The position numbers were made by a program, and so were the translations under genes. The notes below the pieces were generated by a model. The model was not told where the DNA came from and did no database searches. It worked only from the letters and a program-made list of their open reading frames with translations. Shown in pieces: positions 1-9,159 of a DNA stretch of 36,563 bases. Source of the stretch: Candidatus Micrarchaeia archaeon (GTDB lineage: Archaea > Micrarchaeota > Micrarchaeia > CABMEP01). Within the stretch, counting starts at the first letter, position 1; each line of letters begins with the position of its first letter. Where the stretch lies: positions 1-36,563 of the forward strand of contig JAVZPM010000005.1 of the NCBI GenBank assembly GCA_038881595.1, read 5' to 3'.

Positions 1-120
1 CAGCTTGGAGACGTAAGTGTTGCATTAGTATCAATAACACAAAATATAGTCTTCTTTGTAGCTCCAGGCCTTGCTGTTGTCTGCTTAAGAGAAATCTTTG
101 AAGTTGCAAGAGAAGTTTAA
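1..120 (+). CDS. 3' end of a partial CDS, probable membrane protein
   Basis: Frame 1 is open from the window edge: QLGDVSVALVSITQNIVFFVAPGLAVVCLREIFEVAREV*, hydrophobic, followed by a T-tract. Confidence 0.65.
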   Translation, partial: QLGDVSVALVSITQNIVFFVAPGLAVVCLREIFEVAREV

Positions 121-158
121 TTTTTTTTATTTTTTCTTTTATTTTTTTCTCTTATTTT
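121..158 (+). terminator. Oligo-T tract, archaeal-type terminator
   Basis: Several consecutive T-runs directly after the stop codon at 120. Confidence 0.5.
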
Positions 159-160
159 AC

Positions 161-176
161 CGAAAACTATATAAAC
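161..176 (+). promoter_or_regulatory. BRE + TATA box
   Basis: CGAAAA-C-TATATAAA upstream of the first full ORF. Confidence 0.55.
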
Positions 177-227
177 AACTTAAGTGTCTATTTTATGTTA
201 AACCACTTTATTATTGGGAGGGCTATT

Positions 228-1085
228 ATGGAAGGTTTTAGTAGAATTGTAAAACATAATTTTACAGGTTCTATCGCAAAAATAGAGAAAAAAGATAATT
301 ACAACATAATGAAAAATAAAGAGATTAATGTGGATAAGAAAGACTATAATTTGTTAGCGAAACTAGAGGAACTCATAGAAAATAAGAATTATGCAGGTAT
401 TGTGCATTTAGTTGAAAAATCATGCGAAGGTAAAAATGCAGTTAAGGATCCAACATTTTATTATAAGGCATTAAGAACTATAATGAAACAACAACCTCCA
501 GAAAGATATTATCTTTCTGTTGAGTCTATTGCACAAAGTGCAGCAATTGCATGTATAAATAATGAAGAGATCTATGAAGAAGCGATTGATTATCTTCTTA
601 CGCAAAGAGATCTGGATTTGTCTCCATTTCCAGTCATTCAACCACAGAATATAGAAAGTGCTTGCAGGCTATTGGCAAGTATCGCAATTTCAAATGAAAG
701 AATGGAATGTGGAAAAATAGAGGCTGCTTCCGCTTTTAAACTAGCATTAGAAAGAATAAAAACTTCCATCATTGCAAATGAAAAAAGAGTGGAAGAAAAA
801 CCAAATAGAATGGTTGAAATACTTGAACAGGCATTTTCAGCAAAATTAGATCCAGAAGTTTGCAGAGATATGTATGAAGAAGTATACAATTATATAAAAT
901 CTAATGAAAAATTGTCCGATGAATACAAAGTAAAAACATTAGCAGAAATAACGTCAAAAGCAATAAAGACACCTGGTGTTTCTCATACAAAACTATTTAT
1001 AGATACTATTGCATATCTAAAAGAAAAGAATGCAGGAAATCTTGCAAGAAGTATAGCCATTCTTTTAGATGTAAATAAGAAATAG
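228..1085 (+). CDS. Hypothetical protein, predicted mostly alpha-helical
   Basis: Long ORF (track start 195). ATG 228 is preferred because it follows GGGAGG. No recognisable motif. Confidence 0.75.
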   Translation: MEGFSRIVKHNFTGSIAKIEKKDNYNIMKNKEINVDKKDYNLLAKLEELIENKNYAGIVHLVEKSCEGKNAVKDPTFYYKALRTIMKQQPPERYYLSVESIAQSAAIACINNEEIYEEAIDYLLTQRDLDLSPFPVIQPQNIESACRLLASIAISNERMECGKIEAASAFKLALERIKTSIIANEKRVEEKPNRMVEILEQAFSAKLDPEVCRDMYEEVYNYIKSNEKLSDEYKVKTLAEITSKAIKTPGVSHTKLFIDTIAYLKEKNAGNLARSIAILLDVNKK

Positions 1086-1161
1086 TTTTCCATTTATTTT
1101 TTTATTTCTAATTTAGCACAGATTTATTAAATTTTTATTCATAATCTATTTTTGATTATTT

Positions 1162-1881
1162 ATGCGTAGCACTCATCTTAAATTAGAAGGAGTTTTAATC
1201 GGAGGAATTGACGAAGCGGGACGAGGTGCAGTTTTAGGTCCACTAGTGCTTTGTGTGGCAATAACTGAAAAAGATAAAGAGCAGTTTCTGCGTTCAATAG
1301 GTATTAAGGATTCAAAGATGCTTTCTCCTGAAAGAAGAACAGAGTTATCAGAGAAAATAAAGGAAATCTGTCATCTTCATATACAAAAGGTGACCGCAAA
1401 GCAAATAAATGAACAGATGCGAAAAGGAGTAAGTCTAAATGAAATCGAAGCAATATACGTATCAAAGGCTTTGCAAGAGATAGAGCCCGAAATAGCTGAA
1501 AAGATAGAAAAAATATATGTTGATGCGCCAGATCCTGATGCAATACGATTTACCCACAGAATAAAGTCAAACCTTCCAATCGATTTAGCAGTTGCTTCCA
1601 AGCTGCATTCTTCACACAAGGCAGATATAAAATATCCGACATGCAGTGCTGCGTCCATAATTGCAAAAGTAACAAGAGATGAAGAGATTGAGAAGATAAA
1701 GAAAGAGATAGGTTGCGATTTTGGCACAGGTTATCCTCATGACGAACTTGCTATAAACTGTATAAAACAGAACATAGACAATCCTGTTTTGCTAAAATAT
1801 CTGAGAACAGAATGGTCAACATCAAAAAGACTGTTCGCAGAATCAAAATTCAAAACAAAACAAGTTAAATTAGACATTTGA
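1162..1881 (+). CDS. rnhB: Ribonuclease HII
   Basis: GIDEAGRGAVLGPL, DSKML, KAD...SAASIIAKV, GTGYP motifs; C-terminal PIP-like KQVKL. Confidence 0.97.
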   Translation: MRSTHLKLEGVLIGGIDEAGRGAVLGPLVLCVAITEKDKEQFLRSIGIKDSKMLSPERRTELSEKIKEICHLHIQKVTAKQINEQMRKGVSLNEIEAIYVSKALQEIEPEIAEKIEKIYVDAPDPDAIRFTHRIKSNLPIDLAVASKLHSSHKADIKYPTCSAASIIAKVTRDEEIEKIKKEIGCDFGTGYPHDELAINCIKQNIDNPVLLKYLRTEWSTSKRLFAESKFKTKQVKLDI

Positions 1882-1894
1882 TTTCGTGGTTTTT

Positions 1895-2866
1895 ATGTAT
1901 GCAATAGAAGTGAAAAATTTAGTAAAGAGATTTGGACCTATTAAAGCAGTTGACAGAATTTCATTAAAGATAAAAGAAGGAGAAATATTTGGACTATTAG
2001 GTCCAAATGGAGCAGGTAAGACCACAACAATAAGCATGCTCTCTACGCTCATAAGACCAACTTCAGGTATAGCAAGAGTTGCAGGCTTTGATGTCTGTAA
2101 AAATCCTCTTCAAGTAAGGAAAAATATAGGTATAGTTTTTCAAGAGCCAAGCGTTGATGATCTTCTCACTGGAAGAGAGAATCTTGAACTGCATGCAATG
2201 CTTTATGGGATGGATAAAGAAATTGCTAAAAAAAGAATAGAAGAGATGCTTGATCTTGTTGATTTGACTGAAAGAGCAGATAGCATTGTAAGGACTTATT
2301 CTGGAGGAATGAGAAGAAGACTTGAAATAGCAAGAGGGCTTCTTCATACTCCTAAGATATTGTTTCTAGATGAACCAACTTTAGGTCTTGATCCTGCAAG
2401 CAGAAGAGCAATTTGGAGTTATATAGAGAAAATCACAAAGGAAAAAAGAATCACCACAATCCTAACAACTCATTATTTAGAGGAAGCAGATTCGCTTTGC
2501 GATAGAATAGCAATAATTGATAAAGGAAAGATAGTTATTGAAGGGACGAGTGACGAGCTAAAGGGGTCGATCGGTGAAGACATAATAAGAATAAAAGGAA
2601 ACCCAAATCTAAATAATGTTACAAAAATGAAATTTATAAAAAAGATTTCAAAAAATCATGAAGGATACGTTGAGCTTGTAGTGGACAACGCGGCAAAGAA
2701 CCTGCAGAAATTATTAGCAAAGGTTGGGGATGTTGATTCAGTTGAGGTTAGAAGAGTTTCACTTGATGATGTTTTTCTATATTATACAGGACATTATATA
2801 CATGAAGAATCAGGCAACGATTCAATAATGAATAGAATAGCTACATACAGAACTTCCAACAGGTAG
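1895..2866 (+). CDS. ABC transporter ATP-binding subunit (DrrA-like)
   Basis: Walker A GPNGAGKTT, signature YSGGM, Walker B LFLDEPT; start may be GTG 1886. Confidence 0.95.
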   Translation: MYAIEVKNLVKRFGPIKAVDRISLKIKEGEIFGLLGPNGAGKTTTISMLSTLIRPTSGIARVAGFDVCKNPLQVRKNIGIVFQEPSVDDLLTGRENLELHAMLYGMDKEIAKKRIEEMLDLVDLTERADSIVRTYSGGMRRRLEIARGLLHTPKILFLDEPTLGLDPASRRAIWSYIEKITKEKRITTILTTHYLEEADSLCDRIAIIDKGKIVIEGTSDELKGSIGEDIIRIKGNPNLNNVTKMKFIKKISKNHEGYVELVVDNAAKNLQKLLAKVGDVDSVEVRRVSLDDVFLYYTGHYIHEESGNDSIMNRIATYRTSNR

Positions 2867-2895
2867 AATAAAGCATATAGTAGAATAAACATACA
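2863..2895 (+). repeat. Imperfect 17-bp tandem duplication at gene junction
   Basis: GTAGAATAAAgCATAtA then GTAGAATAAA-CATAcA; the first 10 bp are identical. Confidence 0.6.
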
Positions 2896-2910
2896 AATAT
2901 AAGTGGTTTT

Positions 2911-3666
2911 ATGGAATGGAAAGGGATTTATGCGATTTGGCTTAGAGAGGTTAAGGTTTACTTTAGAGAGAAGGAAAGAGTAATTGCATCTTTCATCTCC
3001 CCACTATTATGGCTGTTTATCTTTGGAGGGGGTATCAGTGGTTCAATAAGCGCAGGTGGCGATTATCAAAAGTTTATTTTTCCAGGCATACTTACAATGT
3101 CAATACTATTTTCATCTATATTTTTTGGTGTTTATATAATATGGGATAGAAAGCTTGACTTTCTAAAGGAAGTTTTAGTTGCTCCAGTTTCGAGATCTAC
3201 TGTTTTCTTTGGAAAGCTGCTTGGAGGAATGACAGACTCAATGATTCAAGGTTTGATTCTTCTTATTCTGGGTTACCTTTTCATAGTTAATTTTCCAATA
3301 TTTAATTTCTTACCAGTATTATTTATAATGTTGTTAATTACATGGTCAATGGTGTCTTTGGGGCTTATAATAGGTTCGAACATGTCAACACAGGAAGGTT
3401 TTGGATTGGTACAGAACTTTGTTATCTGGCCTCTTTTCTTTTTCAGCGGTGCTCTTTTCGATGTAAGCTCCTCAAATCTCCCAGATTTCATAAAGAGCCT
3501 ATCTCAGATTGATCCATTAACATATGGAGTGGATGCATTAAGAACAGTCATAATAGGTTATGGTGCGTTTCCATTGTATCTAGACATTGCAGTCTTGATT
3601 TTGATGGGATTGATTTTTTCTTGGATAGGAATAATAAGCTTTGGAAAAATGCAGCAAATAAAATAA
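2911..3666 (+). CDS. ABC-2 type transporter permease
   Basis: About six hydrophobic segments, FIFPGIL, EVLVAPVSR, DPLTYGVDALR; follows the ATPase gene. Confidence 0.93.
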   Translation: MEWKGIYAIWLREVKVYFREKERVIASFISPLLWLFIFGGGISGSISAGGDYQKFIFPGILTMSILFSSIFFGVYIIWDRKLDFLKEVLVAPVSRSTVFFGKLLGGMTDSMIQGLILLILGYLFIVNFPIFNFLPVLFIMLLITWSMVSLGLIIGSNMSTQEGFGLVQNFVIWPLFFFSGALFDVSSSNLPDFIKSLSQIDPLTYGVDALRTVIIGYGAFPLYLDIAVLILMGLIFSWIGIISFGKMQQIK

Positions 3667-3678
3667 GATATTTCTGAT

Positions 3679-5493
3679 TTAATCGAATGCAGATTTTTGC
3701 ATATTATAAAACTTTGCATATTTACCTTTCATTCTCATAAGTTCAGCATGGCTTCCAGATTCGATGATTTTACCTCTTTCAATCAAAAATATTTTATCAG
3801 CCATTTTTACTGTCGAAAATCTGTGTGATATCAATATAGTTGTTTTTGATTTAGTTAACTCTTTAAATTTCTGAAAAAGCAAATATTCGCTTTTTGCGTC
3901 CATAGAAGCTGTCGGTTCGTCCAAGCATAGTATTTGTGCATTTCTATAAAACGCTCTTGCTAGAGAAATCTTCTGCCACTGTCCGACTGATATCTCAGTA
4001 CCTTCTTTTTTCAATGTCTTTCCCAGATGCTTTTTATACTTTTTAGGTAGATATTTTACAAAATCCCAAGCTCCAGATTTTTCTGCTGCTTCATGTATCT
4101 CTCTGGATTCAATGCCTCTTTCTATATCTCCATACCAGATATTTTCTTCTACAGTTGCTTCATATCTTTTGAAATCTTGAAATATTACACCTATATTTTT
4201 GTATAAGTCATCTTTGCTAAATTCTTTTATATTTATTCCATCTATTAATATCTCACCAGAATTGACATCATACATTCTTAAGAGTAGTTTTACAATTGTT
4301 GTTTTTCCAGCACCATTTTCTCCAACAAGTGCGATATTTTCTCCCGCTTTAATAAACAGGTTAAAATTCTCTAACACAGGCTTCTTTGAACCCGGATAAT
4401 AAAAAGTTACATTTTTGAATTCTATTCCCTGCTTTAATTTTTTTGGAAATGGTTTTGGCTTCTTTGGTTCCTTTATCAGGTTTTTAAGTTCCATAAGTTT
4501 CAACATTGGTGTCAAATAAGATGCTTCATAATCTAAAGTGTATATCTGTTCCACTAGTGAACCTGCATATCCAATCATTTGGAAAACCAAAGACCAATAA
4601 AATGTAAATTGACCTATTGTTATCTTTCCATTTAAATATTCATTTATTACTATCCAAGCAGCCAAAGCCGTAAATATAGTCTCTATAACATTTATTAGCA
4701 TAAAATTTCTAAATTCATTTTTAGCAAGATTTAGTTGCTTATCATAATTCTTCATAAGCAATTTTCTGTATTTATTCATAAAGTATTCTTTTAATTTAAG
4801 CAACTTTATTTCCATTATTGTAGTAATGTCGCGCGTCAGTAGATGATTATAGTAACTGGCTTTTCTATTTATTGGAGATGTAGAACTGTATGCCCCCCAT
4901 TGTAATTTTGAAGTTTCTATTCCTATCAAAAGAATTGGTAAAGTAGATAATAATATTAATGTGGCAGTAATCCAATTAAAATTTAATAGTAATATCAAAA
5001 TCAATACTGTATTTACAAATTGTATAAGTAAAGATGAAGATTCAAACATAAAATTTGGAATCTGCCATAAGCTGCTTTTTGCTTTTTGCAATGCTTCATG
5101 ATATTGGGGGTTTTCAAAGTATGCTGCATCTAAAGAAGATATCTTTTCCATTAATGCGCTTGAGGTATATAGTTCTATTTTTTGACTATAAAGCTTGATC
5201 ATTATCCTTCTTAGATTCTGCAATAGTCTTTGTACTATTCTTAGGACCATATATACAATTAAAAAGCCCATTACTCCTATTGTTATTCCATCCATTATTG
5301 AGAAATCTTTTCCAGAAATTATAGTATCAATTATAATTTGAAATACATATGGCAAGATTATTCCAATAAAGCCAGAAAATAAAATTAGAAGCAGAAGGAT
5401 CATCGTCATTTTTTTGTCTGCGTTGAATGCAAAATTAAATGCTAAAAATGCTGCCCTTATTTTCTCCCTTATTGACGGATTTCTAATTCGCAT
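3679..5493 (-). CDS. ABC exporter half-transporter (TMD + NBD fusion)
   Basis: N-terminal TM helices; GENGAGKTT; variant signature ISVGQWQKISLAR; LCLDEPT; ISHR. Confidence 0.93.
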   Translation of the reverse strand: MRIRNPSIREKIRAAFLAFNFAFNADKKMTMILLLLILFSGFIGIILPYVFQIIIDTIISGKDFSIMDGITIGVMGFLIVYMVLRIVQRLLQNLRRIMIKLYSQKIELYTSSALMEKISSLDAAYFENPQYHEALQKAKSSLWQIPNFMFESSSLLIQFVNTVLILILLLNFNWITATLILLSTLPILLIGIETSKLQWGAYSSTSPINRKASYYNHLLTRDITTIMEIKLLKLKEYFMNKYRKLLMKNYDKQLNLAKNEFRNFMLINVIETIFTALAAWIVINEYLNGKITIGQFTFYWSLVFQMIGYAGSLVEQIYTLDYEASYLTPMLKLMELKNLIKEPKKPKPFPKKLKQGIEFKNVTFYYPGSKKPVLENFNLFIKAGENIALVGENGAGKTTIVKLLLRMYDVNSGEILIDGINIKEFSKDDLYKNIGVIFQDFKRYEATVEENIWYGDIERGIESREIHEAAEKSGAWDFVKYLPKKYKKHLGKTLKKEGTEISVGQWQKISLARAFYRNAQILCLDEPTASMDAKSEYLLFQKFKELTKSKTTILISHRFSTVKMADKIFLIERGKIIESGSHAELMRMKGKYAKFYNMQKSAFD

Positions 5494-5526
5494 AATTAAT
5501 ATTAGATAAAAATAATTAAAATCTTA

Positions 5527-6192
5527 TTATTTTGTTACTAATTTTTTTACTAAAAAGGTTATATTCTCATCGAATCTTCCGCTAGATTTCTTTATTTCAA
5601 ACCCATTTTCTTGAATTATTCTTTTCATTTCTTCATAGCTAAATAGATAGTAGTATCTGTTGTATATTTTTTCGACTCCTTTTTCTTTTTTCTTCCATGG
5701 AACAAGCGTTTCTTTTCCAGAAAACCAGAATCCAATTCTCTTAAATGAATACTTATTCCACACACTAATTATCATTTCTCCATTTTCTTTTAGTACTCGT
5801 TTCATTTCTTTTATTGCTTTTAGTTGTTCTTCTTTAGGAATGTGATGAAAAGAAGCGATTGAAATAATATAGTCAAAACTTTCATCTGGGAAAGGGAGTT
5901 CTGTCATATCTCCAACTTTAAGTCTTCCTTTAACATCGATATTTTTTCTTTTGAAATTTTCAATAGCTATGTTTATCATTTCTTTGCTGAAGTCAATCCC
6001 ATACCAGTCAAATCCTTTCTCTGCGAAATAAAAAAGATTTCTTCCACTGCCGCAGCCAATGTCAAGCAATTTTCCAGGCTTCCATTCTTTAGAGAATTCA
6101 ATTACATCTCTCCTTACTTGGTTTCTCCATCCACTCCATCCACTAGCTATAGAATCCCATATATTTATTTGCTCTTTTTTATTATATCTCAT
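5527..6192 (-). CDS. Class I SAM-dependent methyltransferase, Trm9/ALKBH8-MTase-like
   Basis: LLDIGCGSG, LPFPDESFD, ISIASFHH, plus Trm9-type C-terminal motifs LVPW and YNRYYYLF. Confidence 0.85.
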   Translation of the reverse strand: MRYNKKEQINIWDSIASGWSGWRNQVRRDVIEFSKEWKPGKLLDIGCGSGRNLFYFAEKGFDWYGIDFSKEMINIAIENFKRKNIDVKGRLKVGDMTELPFPDESFDYIISIASFHHIPKEEQLKAIKEMKRVLKENGEMIISVWNKYSFKRIGFWFSGKETLVPWKKKEKGVEKIYNRYYYLFSYEEMKRIIQENGFEIKKSSGRFDENITFLVKKLVTK

Positions 6193-6624
6193 TCAATCAC
6201 TTATTTTCCACACCATATAAATTGCATCTTCCCCATCAGGATAAACACTGTTTATTCTTTCAATCTCCTTAAATCCTAGCTTTTTATAAAAACTAATAGC
6301 ATTATTTCCAGCCCTTACATGTAAAGATAACTCTTTTATTTCAAACTTTTTTATAATGTATTCTATTAGATTTTTAGCCACTCCTTTTTTTCTTTTTTCT
6401 TTTTTTACAGCAATTGATCTGATATACCCTTTTTTTGGTTCCATAATTTCTAAAATAATATAGCCTATAATTTTTTCATTCTCTTTAGCAACTAAAAAAC
6501 TATTATTACATATTTCAAAAAATTTCATAAATTCCTCTTTGTCCCATATATCTTTTTCAAATGATTCTCTTTCAATTTTAATTATTTCATCTATATCTTC
6601 CCATTTAAAAATCTGTATTTCCAT
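6193..6624 (-). CDS. GNAT N-acetyltransferase (RimI/Ard1-like)
   Basis: IERESF, SIAV..EKRKKGVA, LHVR..N.AISFYKKLGF, YPDGEDAIYM. Confidence 0.9.
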   Translation of the reverse strand: MEIQIFKWEDIDEIIKIERESFEKDIWDKEEFMKFFEICNNSFLVAKENEKIIGYIILEIMEPKKGYIRSIAVKKEKRKKGVAKNLIEYIIKKFEIKELSLHVRAGNNAISFYKKLGFKEIERINSVYPDGEDAIYMVWKISD

Positions 6625-6674
6625 AGTAAAATTAAAAACATAATTTTTAAATAGTTTATTTTATAAATTAAAAC

Positions 6675-7385
6675 ATGAATGAGTTGGCCCGTTCGGAAAA
6701 TAGAATAGTAGCTGGAGTAATAGGTGGTTTTGCAGAGTGGCTAAACATTAATCCAACAGTTTTAAGAATTGTATCCTTAGTGACTGCACTTCTTTTTACG
6801 CTTGTTGGATTTTTTTATTATCATCTGTTCGGTGCAGCAGCGGTATTGCTGACTTTAATATTTATGTATTTTCTTTTAGCAGTCATATTACCAGAAAGAA
6901 GTAATCGCAAGATAAAAAACAACTTGAAAAATAATACAGTAACTAACAAAGCTGAAAAGAAAAAGAGTAATTATGTTGGCATATTCAAAAGAGGATTTGC
7001 ATTTATAATAGATGTAATACTATATTCTTTGTTGTTGTTTTTTATTACAGGAATATTTTTAGGCTCTGGGGGAGCATTTGATATTATTTTTATTATTTTA
7101 TTGTATTTTATACTTTTTATGGCAGTATTTTTTGTTCCTACATTGAAATCAGGCCAGACTCCGGGTAAATATATCTTAAGTATTAAGATAGTTGATAGAA
7201 ATGGAAAATTGCCTAAGATTGAAAAATTATTTTTGAGAGAGTTTACAAAGTTATTAATTTTATTTTTTTCAGCCTATTTATTTTTGATACCTCTTATTTT
7301 AAGTGCATTTCTTATATGGTATGATAAGAATCATCAAAGTTTGCATGATAAAGCAGCAGATACTTATGTAACCTATGCTAACTAA
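6675..7385 (+). CDS. PspC-domain / RDD-domain fusion membrane protein
   Basis: N-terminal LARSENRIVAGVIGGFAEWLNINPTVLR...Y....VILPE (PspC); C-terminal KRGFAFIID, GQTPGK, QSLHDKAADTYV (RDD). Confidence 0.85.
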   Translation: MNELARSENRIVAGVIGGFAEWLNINPTVLRIVSLVTALLFTLVGFFYYHLFGAAAVLLTLIFMYFLLAVILPERSNRKIKNNLKNNTVTNKAEKKKSNYVGIFKRGFAFIIDVILYSLLLFFITGIFLGSGGAFDIIFIILLYFILFMAVFFVPTLKSGQTPGKYILSIKIVDRNGKLPKIEKLFLREFTKLLILFFSAYLFLIPLILSAFLIWYDKNHQSLHDKAADTYVTYAN

Positions 7386-7429
7386 ATCTTTTACTTAATT
7401 TTTATATATCTTAGTAGCTTTATTTTTTT

Positions 7430-8833
7430 ATGCCAACAAAGCCAACACGTACAATGAGCGGAGTAACTCCAATTGCAGTAGTGACAGAACCAAGGCCATG
7501 TCCGCACGGGACCTGTGTTTATTGTCCGACTCTTGGTGTTCCACAATCATATACCCCTCTTAGTCCAGCAATTATGCGCGCCAAAGAACTAAAATACGAC
7601 CCTTATCATCAGGTTTTGGCTAGAATAAGGTCTTTTGAAGCAATGGGCCATCCTACTGAAAAGATAGAACTAATTGTAATGGGAGGAACATTTACTGCTT
7701 ATCCAGTTGATTATCAGTATTGGTTTATAAAAAGATGCTTTGACGCAATGAATGGGATTGAAGCAAGAGATTTAGAAGAAGCAAAAAAGATAAATGAAAA
7801 AGCAAAACATAGGTGTGTTGCATTATGTATAGAAACAAGACCAGATTATTGTAAGGAGGAAGATGTTAGAAGGATGCTTGAATTAGGTGCAACTAGATGT
7901 GAGATAGGGGTTCAGCTTCCAGATGACGATGTGTATAAATTAATTAAAAGAGGTCATACAGTTAAAGACGTGGTTGAAGCAACAAAAAGGTTAAAGAATG
8001 CAGGATTCAAGGTGGGTTATCATCTTATGCCTGGATTGCCAGGTTCAAGTATTGAAAATGATCTAAAAAGATTCCATGAAATATTCTATGATGAAAGATT
8101 TATGCCAGATCAGGTTAAGATATACCCCACGCAAGTAATGAAAGGAAGCGAGCTTGAATTATGGTATAAAGAAGGAAAGTATAGGGCTTATTCAGATGAT
8201 GAGATTCTTTACTTGCTTAAGGAAATAAAACTAATGGTTCCTAAATGGGTAAGAATAATGAGAGTGATGAGAGAGATTCCGCCTTCTTTCATAACAAATG
8301 GAACAAAGAAAATAGATATGCGAAATCTTGTTTATGAAGAATTAAAAAAGGAAGGAAAGGCATGCAAATGCATACGTTGTAGAGAAATAGGTTTTTCAAT
8401 TATTAAGGGAAAGATAAGCCGTGAGGAAGTGGAAAAAATAAGTCCAGATAGTTTGAACCTTACTGTTGAAAATTATCGTGCATCAGAAGGCCAAGAATAT
8501 TTCATTTCCTACGAATATAAGGATTTCTTATTTGGGTTATGTAGATTAAGGATTATAGATGGAAATAAGGATTTTGCTTTCATAAGAGAATTACATGTTT
8601 ACGGTCCAGAATTAAGGATAAATAGTCCAACTGAATCTACAAGCACTAAAAAAGCAATTCCAGTACAGCATTCTGGTCTTGGAAGAAAATTGATGCAAAA
8701 GGCAGAACAAATTGCAAAGGAAAACGGAATAAATAAATTATTAGTAATCAGTGGTGTTGGAGTAAGAGAATATTATAGAAAATTAGGCTATGAACTTGAA
8801 GGCCCATATATGGCAAAAGTGTTGAGAGAATAA
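7430..8833 (+). CDS. elp3: tRNA U34 carboxymethylase Elp3 (radical SAM + KAT)
   Basis: RTMSGV, CPHGTCVYCP (CX4CX2C), MGGTF, IETRPD, CKCIRCRE, RELHVYG, QHSGLG, ISGVGVREYY. Confidence 0.96.
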   Translation: MPTKPTRTMSGVTPIAVVTEPRPCPHGTCVYCPTLGVPQSYTPLSPAIMRAKELKYDPYHQVLARIRSFEAMGHPTEKIELIVMGGTFTAYPVDYQYWFIKRCFDAMNGIEARDLEEAKKINEKAKHRCVALCIETRPDYCKEEDVRRMLELGATRCEIGVQLPDDDVYKLIKRGHTVKDVVEATKRLKNAGFKVGYHLMPGLPGSSIENDLKRFHEIFYDERFMPDQVKIYPTQVMKGSELELWYKEGKYRAYSDDEILYLLKEIKLMVPKWVRIMRVMREIPPSFITNGTKKIDMRNLVYEELKKEGKACKCIRCREIGFSIIKGKISREEVEKISPDSLNLTVENYRASEGQEYFISYEYKDFLFGLCRLRIIDGNKDFAFIRELHVYGPELRINSPTESTSTKKAIPVQHSGLGRKLMQKAEQIAKENGINKLLVISGVGVREYYRKLGYELEGPYMAKVLRE

Positions 8834-8864
8834 AAAACTAATAAGAGCAAGTGATTTTTGTGGT

Positions 8865-9008
8865 TTATGGACCTTCAAAACCTGAAGGTGTTTTGTAAGG
8901 TATTCCATTTTCCTTACAGTGCTTGCATCTTACTATTTTTTCACCTTCTGGGCTTTCGAATTCTGTGTAATATTTTGCTTGTTTTCCACAGCTAATGCAT
9001 GTTTTCAT
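8865..9008 (-). CDS. Small zinc-finger protein, DUF1610/HVO_2753-like (47 aa, absent from the ORF track)
   Basis: MKTCISCGKQAKYYTEFESPEGEKIVRCKHCKENGIPYKTPSGFEGP*; diagnostic GFEGP C-terminus; SD AGGTGA; next to aEF-1beta. Confidence 0.88.
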   Translation of the reverse strand: MKTCISCGKQAKYYTEFESPEGEKIVRCKHCKENGIPYKTPSGFEGP

Positions 9009-9159
9009 AAATTCACCTTTAAAATATGATCTATAAAAATAGACCTTAATAAAATAATTATAGTGGATTATGTTTTTATAGCTTTCTCTATGGATTTAAT
9101 TTAATAAAATCATATATTAATATTTAAATTCTTTTTCTATAAATAAATATTGTGATATC

